A stretch of DNA of 64,000 nt from an uncultured archaeon (GTDB lineage: Archaea > Aenigmatarchaeota > Aenigmatarchaeia > CG10238-14 > SCSR01), in the NCBI GenBank assembly GCA_964512235.1, contig CAZEGD010000003.1, forward strand, positions 101 to 64,100. The letters are read 5' to 3'. Under the pieces are notes generated by a model. That model did not search any database. It saw only the letters and a program-made list of their open reading frames with translations, and had not been told where the DNA came from. A program made the translations under genes and the position numbers. This document shows, piece by piece, positions 51,322 through 59,250 of this stretch. Position 1 is the stretch's first letter; each line of letters opens with the position of its first letter.

Positions 51322-53058
51322 ATGAAAGTTGAGACTATTAAAAAGCAGTCGTTCAAAGTCGAGCCAAATCTGAAGGATTACAAAAAGACGTATAGGACTT
51401 TTGACTGGAGAGATGCACATAAAGAAGTGGACTGGTTCAAAGGTAAGCGGCTGAATATGGCATACAATGCTGTGGATAGGCATGCCGATGGTCTGAGAAA
51501 GAACAAAGTTGCGCTGTACTGGGAAGGTGGTGGCAAGGCTGAGAAATATACATTTTTGGATTTGCAGGGACTTTCAAACAAATTCGCAAATTTAATAAAA
51601 AGTCTTGATGTGAAAAAGGGTGACCGTGTATTCTTTTTCCTGCCTCGCATACCTCCGCTTTATTTTGGCTTCCTAGGTACCCTAAAGACCGGGGCTATAG
51701 CTGGAACAATGTTTGCCGCATTCGGTCCGGCTGGAATTAAAGACAGGCTTGAGAACAGCGGTGCAAAAGTTCTTGTGACAGCTCCAGAGCTGGTGAAGCG
51801 TGTGTATAAGGTAAAGAGAGAATTGCCGGATTTGAAAAAGATAATAATTGTCAACGGCTACAGTAAGAAAAAACACAAACTCAAGCGAGGGGAAGTGAAC
51901 TATGAGAAAGCCATGGCCAAAACATCAGACGAATTTAGAATATCGCGAATGAAACCAAGCGATCCTTCATTCATGCTATACACGAGCGGCACTACGGGCA
52001 AGCCCAAAGGCGTAGTCCATCAGCATTATGCACTGATTCAAGAGCATATGACTGCGAAATGGATTCTAGATTTGCACGAGGATGATGTATATTGGTGCAC
52101 GGCCGATCCTGGCTGGGTTACGGGAATAGCATATGGCATAATCGGCTCATGGTCTAATGGTGCTTCCTCCGTAGTCTCCGGCGACAGGTTCAGTCCCGAT
52201 GGCTGGTATTCGATTATTGAAAGGTATGGCATAACAGTCTGGTATACTGCCCCTACTGCTATTCGTATGCTTATGTCAGCTGGTGGCAAACTGGTAAAGC
52301 AGTACGACTTGAGCAGCTTACGTCATATATGCAGCGTCGGCGAGCCGTTGAACCCTGAAGCAATACGATGGGGAATGAAAGTCTTCAAGCTATCAATACA
52401 TGACAATTGGTGGCAGACTGAAACTGGTGGAATACTGATTGCTAATTATCCATCAATGGCAATCAAACTCGGATCCATGGGTAGGCCGCTGCCTGGAGTG
52501 CAAGCATCAATAGTCAACGATAAGGGCAATAGAATAAAGACTGGAAGAGAAGGCAATCTTGCAATAAAGCCAGGATGGCCTTCAATGATGATAAAAATAT
52601 GGAGACGGCCGAAGAAGTATAAGTCGTACTTTTTAAAAGGATGGTACATAACGGGCGATCGTGCCTTTATGGACAAAGATGGCTACTTTTGGTTTGTCGG
52701 TAGATCAGATGATGTGATTAAGACCTCCGGTGAAAGAGTAGGACCGTTTGAAGTCGAAAGTATATTGATTGAACACCCTGCAATCATCGAGGCTGGTGTA
52801 ATCGGTAAACCAGATCCGTTGCGCGGAGAAATAATTAAGGCATTTGTCGTTCTGAAGAAAGGTTACAAAGAATCGGACAAGCTGAAAGATGATATAAAGA
52901 AATTCGTCAAGCATCACCTAGCAGGCCATGCTTATCCAAGGGAGATTGAATTCGTGAAAAGTTTGCCAAAGACAAGATCAGGTAAAATTATGCGACGAAT
53001 TCTTAAGGCAAAAGAGCTTGGACTGCCAATAGGCGACACTTCTACTTTGATAAAATAA
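51322..53058 (+). CDS. acs: Acetyl-CoA synthetase (AMP-forming acyl-CoA ligase)
   Basis: YTSGTTGKPKGV, WWQTETGG, YITGDRAFMDKDGYFWFVGRSDDVIK and PKTRSGKIMRR. Confidence 0.85.
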   Translation: MKVETIKKQSFKVEPNLKDYKKTYRTFDWRDAHKEVDWFKGKRLNMAYNAVDRHADGLRKNKVALYWEGGGKAEKYTFLDLQGLSNKFANLIKSLDVKKGDRVFFFLPRIPPLYFGFLGTLKTGAIAGTMFAAFGPAGIKDRLENSGAKVLVTAPELVKRVYKVKRELPDLKKIIIVNGYSKKKHKLKRGEVNYEKAMAKTSDEFRISRMKPSDPSFMLYTSGTTGKPKGVVHQHYALIQEHMTAKWILDLHEDDVYWCTADPGWVTGIAYGIIGSWSNGASSVVSGDRFSPDGWYSIIERYGITVWYTAPTAIRMLMSAGGKLVKQYDLSSLRHICSVGEPLNPEAIRWGMKVFKLSIHDNWWQTETGGILIANYPSMAIKLGSMGRPLPGVQASIVNDKGNRIKTGREGNLAIKPGWPSMMIKIWRRPKKYKSYFLKGWYITGDRAFMDKDGYFWFVGRSDDVIKTSGERVGPFEVESILIEHPAIIEAGVIGKPDPLRGEIIKAFVVLKKGYKESDKLKDDIKKFVKHHLAGHAYPREIEFVKSLPKTRSGKIMRRILKAKELGLPIGDTSTLIK

Positions 53059-53090
53059 TAGTGTAAATAAAAAATGTACAGATTTTACTA

Positions 53091-53117
53091 TTGCTCAGTT
53101 TTACTGAGCATGCTCAG
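53091..53117. promoter_or_regulatory. Triple half-site palindromic motif, site A (TGCTCAG n5 CTGAGCA TGCTCAG)
   Basis: Half-sites at 53092-98, 53104-10 and 53111-17. The same arrangement and the same 26-nt span occur at 58928..58953. Confidence 0.5.
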
Positions 53118-53310
53118 CAAACTTTTAAATAGTTTTACATCACTTTAGTGAGTTATAGAAAGAAGTCCAAATCAGGGTGGTAAAATGCTCGGCGATTGGG
53201 ACGAAGAAGACGAAGATCCAAATTGGAACGAACCTGAAGAAGAAATGGATGACTGGTTCTAGCATTTGAATATTTTTTTCTTTTTATTTTTCCCTTACGT
53301 ACTTTAATTT

Positions 53311-53901
53311 ATGCAGTTAAACTACCATGATGGAAAAGTCATTGTCAAGCTTGCCCGTCAGACAGTTGAGAAATTTCTTGAAAAGGGAAAGTTTGAGCTA
53401 GTGAAAGCTGAAAGGAAATCATTGCAAGGGAAATCACGCGCATTCGTGACTATAAACACGCATCCCGAACGCTTGCTCAGGGGGTGCATAGGTTTCACTT
53501 CACCGTTTCCACTATATGAAGTTGTGCAGCGCGCGGCACATGCAGCAGCGTTTGAGGATCCGAGATTCCCACCTATTACAAAAGAAGAGTTGGAAAGAGT
53601 TGTATTTGAAGTCTCCGTGTTGACAGATCCAGAAGAGTTGAAGTGTGAACCACGTGAATATGCGAATAACATAGAGATTGGAAAAGACGGTTTAATTGTT
53701 CAATATGAATCGCATAGTGGTCTGTTGCTGCCGCAGGTTGCAGGCGAGCAGAACTGGACGGCAGAAGAGTTCTTGGGACAAGTCTGCTTCAAAGCAGGTC
53801 TAACTCCGGATTACATACATGATAAATCTACAAAATTATGGAAGTTCCAAGCCCAGATTTTTACTGAAAAAGAACCGCATGGTGAAGTCGAGGAGATTTG
53901 A
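53311..53901 (+). CDS. amrA: AMMECR1 domain protein (AmmeMemoRadiSam system protein A)
   Basis: LRGCIGF signature, FEDPRFPP, and the overall length. Confidence 0.85.
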   Translation: MQLNYHDGKVIVKLARQTVEKFLEKGKFELVKAERKSLQGKSRAFVTINTHPERLLRGCIGFTSPFPLYEVVQRAAHAAAFEDPRFPPITKEELERVVFEVSVLTDPEELKCEPREYANNIEIGKDGLIVQYESHSGLLLPQVAGEQNWTAEEFLGQVCFKAGLTPDYIHDKSTKLWKFQAQIFTEKEPHGEVEEI

Positions 53902-53910
53902 AATCACTCA

Positions 53911-54483
53911 TCAATCATATATCTTGCGTTTTATTATTTTAAAATCTGTAGCAAAGTCACTACCGCCTATATGAAGTACTGGATTTATTGCTCGTAGGTC
54001 AACTTTTCCATCCTTTATTACACTACCCTTCACTTCCGCTTCCAGAATTTCTCCAAAAACAGCAATATGATCACCTATTTTTTTACTTTCTGTAACTCTA
54101 CACTCAAGCCATGCCGAAGCTTCGCGTATCCGCGGTGGCGAAACAAGTTTTGAGCTATACCAATCCAGATCGGCTTGCTGGATTTTATTCACACCCTCTT
54201 GGTATTTGGCTGCACATCGCAAGAGCTGGTCTATATAACGTTTGCCTAGGATATTCACTACGAATTCACCGCTGTTTATTATATTCTTGTATGTATGCCT
54301 CACTGGAGCTAGAGAGATCATTAATACTGGTGGTGATTTTGAAACAGGAGAAATGAAGCTGACAACGCATGCATTTGGCGTGTCTGTGGAATTCAGAGTC
54401 GTTATAGCTACAGCCAGTCTAGGCGAGATTAGTTTATAAGACTTTTTCAGGTCTAACCTCATAATTACATTTACGCTATACAA
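53911..54483 (-). CDS. Flavin reductase-like FMN-binding domain protein
   Basis: ISPRLAVAITTLNS..PNACVVSFISPVS..PPVLMISLAP..HTYKNIINSGEFVVNIL fits the split-barrel flavin reductase pattern. Confidence 0.75.
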   Translation of the reverse strand: MYSVNVIMRLDLKKSYKLISPRLAVAITTLNSTDTPNACVVSFISPVSKSPPVLMISLAPVRHTYKNIINSGEFVVNILGKRYIDQLLRCAAKYQEGVNKIQQADLDWYSSKLVSPPRIREASAWLECRVTESKKIGDHIAVFGEILEAEVKGSVIKDGKVDLRAINPVLHIGGSDFATDFKIIKRKIYD

Positions 54484-54565
54484 GAGTTAATATTGTTACC
54501 ACTCTCCAAAAGTATACAAAGAGCTCACCACAACCTTTTTAACCCACCAATTAAATTTCAATTAG

Positions 54566-54856
54566 GTGAAATCAGTAATGTGGTTTGCAAACGGTCTAAT
54601 CGACCTAGGAATAGCATTACTTGCTGTAGTGGCTTTAGCCGAGATAGCAAAAGTCAGAAAGAAATCCCCACGTGGCTATAGTTGGTTGGCTGCTGCGGGA
54701 GTATTCTCCATATTCGCTGGTGGAATGGGTGTACTACCAGCAACTGTCCCATACGTCGGGGATTTGTTCTTGGCAGAAATATTCTCGCTAATCGGCTGGC
54801 TATTCGCGATAATAGGAACGCTATTCATAGGATATGAAACACTATTGGAAAAATAA
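54566..54856 (+). CDS. Hypothetical small membrane protein
   Basis: Three hydrophobic helices. The listed start is GTG and an ATG follows at 54578. Confidence 0.5.
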   Translation: MKSVMWFANGLIDLGIALLAVVALAEIAKVRKKSPRGYSWLAAAGVFSIFAGGMGVLPATVPYVGDLFLAEIFSLIGWLFAIIGTLFIGYETLLEK

Positions 54857-54942
54857 ATTTGAGAATTTTTTATTTTTCAATTTTCCAATAAATTCTGTAT
54901 GATTGTAGGGTTTTCTATATAGATTTTCTTATAAAGAATTAA

Positions 54943-55061
54943 TGCAGGGGCTGGGATTTGAACCCAGGAAAGCACTAAGCTAACAGGTTTCTTATCATCT
55001 TGTATCAACGCTCAAGAAGCTCTTGAGCCTGTCCCCTTTGACCAGACTTGGGTACCCCTGC
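54943..55061 (-). tRNA. tRNA-Leu(CAA), class II, with 33-nt intron after position 37
   Basis: Exon 1 is GCAGGGG TA CCC-loop-GGG G ACAGG CTCAAG. The intron is at 55021..54989. Exon 2 is A CCTGT, a 15-nt variable arm, then CTGGG TTCAAAT CCCAG CCCCTGC A. Confidence 0.85.
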
Positions 55062-55110
55062 ACTCTAAACTAATGATTAATTAGTATTTAAAAATTAAGA
55101 AAACACCTGT

Positions 55111-55593
55111 CTAAGCCAAAGTTTCTATCTGTGATTTCAACTGGTTTATTTGGCTTCTGAGATCTTCCAGTGTCACTCCCAAGTTTTCAACATCCTGCAA
55201 CTGTGGCACTTCCTCTACAAATCCCGACGGTCGCATAAAGCTAGAATCTAGCGTCAGCATCCTCTGATCGACTGTGTTCACGGCATCCTCTACCATTCTG
55301 AGATTTTCATCCCTTAACTTGTCGAGCTCCTTTAGAATAGAAATGCTACTCTTTACGGCATTTATCGTAGTCTTCATATAGTTCATCGTATGCAGTATCT
55401 GTCTGTATTTGTTTATCCTGACAAACAAAGGTGCAAACTCCGGTTTTTGTTTTTTCTCTGCTTTAGGTGGAGTAGGCATTGCCTCTGCTTTTGGCATTCT
55501 TTTTTCCAATAACTTTTCTTCCTTATCAAGTTCTTTCATGACATCCTTGGCTTCCTTTACGCCTTTCTTTTTCTTTAATCCGAAAAGAGCCAT
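55111..55593 (-). CDS. Hypothetical coiled-coil protein (160 aa)
   Basis: K/E-rich N-terminus and a heptad-rich C-terminal half. No family recognised. Confidence 0.6.
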   Translation of the reverse strand: MALFGLKKKKGVKEAKDVMKELDKEEKLLEKRMPKAEAMPTPPKAEKKQKPEFAPLFVRINKYRQILHTMNYMKTTINAVKSSISILKELDKLRDENLRMVEDAVNTVDQRMLTLDSSFMRPSGFVEEVPQLQDVENLGVTLEDLRSQINQLKSQIETLA

Positions 55594-55666
55594 AACATCT
55601 ACTATTTATTTTCTGTTTATGCAAAATATAAGTATTTGTTCTTAATAAAAGAGGAAATTTAAAAAA

Positions 55667-55741
55667 TGCGGTGACCGGGATTTGAACCCGGGTTCTAAGC
55701 TTGGCAAGCTTATGTCTTAGACCAGGCTGGACCATCACCGC
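55667..55741 (-). tRNA. tRNA-Gly(GCC)
   Basis: GCGGTGA TG GTCC AGCCTGGTCTA AGAC A TAAGC TTGCCAA GCTTA GAAC CCGGG TTCAAAT CCCGG TCACCGC A. Length 75 nt. Confidence 0.88.
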
Positions 55742-55747
55742 ATACAC

Positions 55748-56065
55748 TCAGCCTAAAAATGAGCCGAAACCTTCAATCGCTTTATCTTCTTCTTCCTTTA
55801 TCTTTTTTATTATTTCTTCCGCTTTGCTACTCTCCACTTCCTCAGCAAACTCTGTAACATTACCCTCTTCATCCTCTATTTTGACAATTTCTAAAGCCCG
55901 TTGACATCGCTCATCAGTACCACTGATATAGCATACATAGCCATCTACGTCAAACCCTTTGCCTTCTTTGAATGTCATGCTCGCGCGGTTGACTATTTCA
56001 TCCTTGAGCAGCAAATCTTTTACTTTGCTTAGGTTCTCTGACTTTATCTTTAGCACTACTTCCAT
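55748..56065 (-). CDS. Hypothetical small protein with acidic linker and ribosomal-stalk-like C-terminal tail (105 aa)
   Basis: I trimmed the listed ORF, which runs into tRNA-Thr, to the ATG at 56065, which is preceded by GGGGGTGA. The C-terminus is EEIIKKIKEEEDKAIEGFGSFLG. Confidence 0.6.
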   Translation of the reverse strand: MEVVLKIKSENLSKVKDLLLKDEIVNRASMTFKEGKGFDVDGYVCYISGTDERCQRALEIVKIEDEEGNVTEFAEEVESSKAEEIIKKIKEEEDKAIEGFGSFLG

Positions 56066-56086
56066 CTTTTCACCCCCGGTTCTCAG

Positions 56087-56173
56087 AGCCCTAGGCGAGG
56101 ATTGAACTCGCGACCTCCTGTTTACGAGATTCACCAAAGCATTCAGGTGCTCTACCAACTGAGCTACTAGGGC
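56087..56173 (-). tRNA. tRNA-Thr(CGU) with 14-nt non-canonical intron between positions 30 and 31
   Basis: Removing AAUGCUUUGGUGAA (56143..56130) gives a 73-nt cloverleaf: GCCCTAG TA GCTC AGTTGGTA GAGC A CCTGT CTCGTAA ACAGG AGGTC GCGAG TTCAATC CTCGC CTAGGGC T. The T-arm is near-identical to tRNA-Thr(UGU). A bulge-helix-loop can be drawn around both junctions. Confidence 0.7.
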
Positions 56174-56286
56174 ACATTTAACTCATTTTCACTTCTATAA
56201 TTTAAAGTTTTTGCAACTCCTGCAGCTAATCTATATTACTATGCACAACCAATATAATACTTACGCGTTTCGTTTTTGAGCGATGG

Positions 56287-57354
56287 TTGGCTGTCATTAT
56301 GGCGAAGAGAAAGCGTAAAAACACTACTAAAAAGCTTCACGAGGCTATGCTCTGGCAGAAGGAGCGCAATGGCGTGCGTTGTTTCCTATGTGCCCGAAGA
56401 TGCTTTATACCCAAGGGTAAACGAGGATTCTGCCTAGTCCGTATGAACAAAGACAATGTTCTGTACACGTTAAACTATGGTAAACTGATAGCCGTGAATG
56501 TTGACCCTGTTGAAAAGAAGCCATTATTCCACTTTTATCCAGGATCTAAAACTTTGAGCATAGCCGCAAAAGGATGCAACTTCCGGTGCCAGTTTTGTGA
56601 CAATTGGCAGATAAGCCAGACTGTCGAAGCTGAAGTAGAAGATATAGAAGGGGATCCATACACACCAGAAGATATTGTAAAACTTGCTGAGAAGTATGAA
56701 TGTAAGATGATAAGCTATACTTATACTGAGCCAACAATATTCTTTGAATTTGCATACAAAACCGCGAAGTTAGCCCATCGTAACAACATACTAAATACTT
56801 TTGTAACGAATGGCTATATGACAGACGATGCGATAAAGAAGATATCTAAGTATTTGGACGCTGCCACTGTTAACATCAAAGCTTCAGCTGATCCGGAATT
56901 CTACAAGAAGTTTATGTCAGTCCCCAACGTCGAACCAATATTCGATTCGATGAAACGACTGAAAAAACAGAGGATATTCATGGAAATAACAAATCTTATA
57001 ATTCCGCAGATAGGTGATAGTGTAGAACGTTGTAGGCAGTTGGCCGAGAGGATAAATGCAAACTTGGGAACTGATATTCCTTTTCATATCTTACAGTTCT
57101 TTCCAAACTACCAACTAAAAGAGCTTCCCAGTACATCAATAGATGCTCTTGAGAGGTGTGCACGAGAGGCTAGGCAATCTGGGCTGCGCTACGTATATAT
57201 AGGAAATGTTCCTGGTCATCCAGAAGCAAATACCTACTGTTATAACTGCAGGAGTTTGTTAATAGAGCGTGACGGCATGCAAATACGATCTATAAACCTA
57301 GTCAACGATAGATGTTCACAGTGCGGCCAAAAAATAAACATCGTACAGGAATAA
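56287..57354 (+). CDS. amrS: AmmeMemoRadiSam system radical SAM enzyme
   Basis: CNFRCQFCDNWQIS (CxxxCxxC), a RCFLCARRCFIPKGKRGFCLVR N-terminal Cys cluster, and a C-terminal CYNC...CSQCG. ATG at 56299 (listed TTG at 56287). Confidence 0.85.
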   Translation: MAVIMAKRKRKNTTKKLHEAMLWQKERNGVRCFLCARRCFIPKGKRGFCLVRMNKDNVLYTLNYGKLIAVNVDPVEKKPLFHFYPGSKTLSIAAKGCNFRCQFCDNWQISQTVEAEVEDIEGDPYTPEDIVKLAEKYECKMISYTYTEPTIFFEFAYKTAKLAHRNNILNTFVTNGYMTDDAIKKISKYLDAATVNIKASADPEFYKKFMSVPNVEPIFDSMKRLKKQRIFMEITNLIIPQIGDSVERCRQLAERINANLGTDIPFHILQFFPNYQLKELPSTSIDALERCAREARQSGLRYVYIGNVPGHPEANTYCYNCRSLLIERDGMQIRSINLVNDRCSQCGQKINIVQE

Positions 57355-57425
57355 ATATCATTCTGAATGAAAAGAAATAAATCAATCCCAATCCTTTATA
57401 ATTTTAGCTATTAAACATATTTTAT

Positions 57426-58442
57426 ATGCTTTATTGGCGAACAATAATACAAACAATTTTGTTGGGTGATAGGTTGAAACAATCTGAAACAGTTTCATTA
57501 TATAGAAGAATTGTTTCACAGAAAGCTGTAACTGTTTCACTCATTGTGTCGTTTCTTTTATCGGTTCTCCTCATCAACTCTACAGTACTTGCCCAAATAC
57601 AGTATTATGAGATAAATACAGAATTATCAGAGAGTGGTGTAAGTACAGTAAGGATGGTCATAACGTTTGCCGAGCCGGAGACGGAGTTTTCATTCAATAT
57701 AATAGGAAGAGTGGAAAATTTTACTGCAGAGAGCATAGCTGGCCCAGTCGATTGTGAAGTGGACGTTACTGGAATAAGTTCAATAGATTGTAAACTCAAT
57801 TTGACAAAGGAGAAAAGGGAAGTGAAAATATGTTTCTTAACACCAGATTTTGTCAGAATATTGGAGGATAAAATTTTCTTTTCAGGTGATTTCACTTTGA
57901 ACAAGAATATAAATAGTATATCTGCATCGCTAAAGCTCCCCATAAACGCATTCTTAGTCGGTGAGAATGTTACTGCAAGTATGCTTTCATTTCCAGATAG
58001 TGTTTCTGTATTTATTGCAGAAGATGGAAGAGTACTTGTCAACTGGCGCCTAGTAAATATAGAGAAGGATCAATCATTGAGATTTGAAGCTTTATATCAA
58101 CATATACAAGAACCATTTTGGTTTGGACTTAGAATCAGGCACTTCATCTTTCTTGGCGTGGCATTTGCAGTTGTTTTTGGATTCATAGTTTTCAGATATT
58201 TTAGAAAATCCGAGAAATTAGTGCTTTCCGTCCTTGACGAGTATGAACGCCAAATAGTAAACATACTGCTCACCGAAGATAGGATAAAACAGAAGAAAAT
58301 AGTAGATATGACAAGATTGTCAAAAGCAAAAGTCAGTAGAGTTATCAAAAGTTTAGCCGAGCGCGGTCTAGTAGAAGTGGAACGTAGAGGCAGGACAAAC
58401 TTACTAAAATTGAAGAAGAAAAAATTGAGTGGTGAATTCTGA
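57426..58442 (+). CDS. Membrane-tethered winged-HTH regulator with extracytoplasmic N-domain
   Basis: Signal/anchor ending STVLAQ, a roughly 170-aa outside domain, a TM helix (FIFLGVAFAVVFGFIVF), then a cytoplasmic MarR/ArsR-like wHTH (IVDMTRLSKAKVSRVIKSLAERGLVEVERRGRTN). Confidence 0.7.
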   Translation: MLYWRTIIQTILLGDRLKQSETVSLYRRIVSQKAVTVSLIVSFLLSVLLINSTVLAQIQYYEINTELSESGVSTVRMVITFAEPETEFSFNIIGRVENFTAESIAGPVDCEVDVTGISSIDCKLNLTKEKREVKICFLTPDFVRILEDKIFFSGDFTLNKNINSISASLKLPINAFLVGENVTASMLSFPDSVSVFIAEDGRVLVNWRLVNIEKDQSLRFEALYQHIQEPFWFGLRIRHFIFLGVAFAVVFGFIVFRYFRKSEKLVLSVLDEYERQIVNILLTEDRIKQKKIVDMTRLSKAKVSRVIKSLAERGLVEVERRGRTNLLKLKKKKLSGEF

Positions 58443-58448
58443 GTTTAA

Positions 58449-58880
58449 TTAACTTCTCATCAGGAGAAAGACACCACCGACTATTATTAACATGGCTATC
58501 CATCTCGTAGCAGATACGCTTTCGTTAAAAAAGAATATTGCAAGAAATGCCGTCAGCACGTACGCAAGGGATATGAATGGATAGACAAAACTTACATCTC
58601 CCATGGACAGGACAACTAGCCAAAAGACAGTTGAAATCACATAAAGCGATAGTCCTAAAAACACATTAGGATTGAAAAATGTTGTAAAGAACTTTGTCGA
58701 TAATATTTCGTTGAATTTAAGTCCACCAACTTCATTCAACCCTTTCTTAATATATACCTGGCCAAAACTTCCCAGTGTTACGCAGACCAAAACCAATGCA
58801 AGAAAAGTGAACATCTTTTTACCTCCAAACTTTTTTAATTTTATAACACTGAACTTATCAAATAATCTTTTTTTAACCAT
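58449..58880 (-). CDS. Small EamA/SMR-like (DMT superfamily) 4-TM transporter
   Basis: Four TM helices with a GQVYIKKGL start pattern and a ...IVGGVFLL end typical of EamA half-units. The alternative ATG is at 58814. Confidence 0.6.
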   Translation of the reverse strand: MVKKRLFDKFSVIKLKKFGGKKMFTFLALVLVCVTLGSFGQVYIKKGLNEVGGLKFNEILSTKFFTTFFNPNVFLGLSLYVISTVFWLVVLSMGDVSFVYPFISLAYVLTAFLAIFFFNESVSATRWIAMLIIVGGVFLLMRS

Positions 58881-58926
58881 TTAAATCAATAAGATTAATT
58901 GAGAACGTAAATTAATAAATTTTTAA

Positions 58927-58953
58927 GTGCTCACTTTCTGAGCAATTGCTCAG
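58927..58953. promoter_or_regulatory. Triple half-site palindromic motif, site B (TGCTCAC n3 CTGAGCA AT TGCTCAG)
   Basis: Half-sites at 58928-34, 58938-44 and 58947-53. It sits in the divergent region between the EamA-like gene and the S-layer-like gene. Confidence 0.5.
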
Positions 58954-59225
58954 TCAAAAAATGACAGAAATCATGCAAAAACAGTATTTCTTATTTCTTC
59001 CAATATTTGAGCATAACGGGATTAAAATAGACCTTATTCCAGCAAGATAGAGTCTATATCCCTTTTAGGAACAATTATAAAGTTTATAACTATACATTTG
59101 ACTAATTTTAAGACTTTGATTAGATAGCTCTAAACAGCTGTAAATTGTTTCATTCAATGTATAAGTATCATGTAAAACGAATTTTTTTCTAGAAAACCCA
59201 AGCACTACAGAGTATAGAGTGCATT

Positions 59226-59250
59226 ATCTATTGCATGTACAACAATAGAT
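59226..59250 (+). promoter_or_regulatory. Perfect 8-bp inverted repeat upstream of S-layer-like gene
   Basis: ATCTATTG (9-nt spacer) CAATAGAT, 51-75 nt upstream of the ATG at 59301. This could be an operator or a 5'-UTR hairpin. Confidence 0.35.

Noticed and set aside
55526-56158. Listed ORFs 55526..55747 and the N-terminal 31 codons of 55748..56158
   Set aside because: They overlap tRNA-Gly(GCC) and tRNA-Thr(CGU) respectively. The first was discarded and the second was trimmed to the ATG at 56065.
58961-59050. 29-codon ORF (MTEIMQKQYFLFLPIFEHNGIKIDLIPAR) in the S-layer upstream region
   Set aside because: It has no ribosome-binding context or recognisable features. It probably arises by chance in AT-rich leader DNA.
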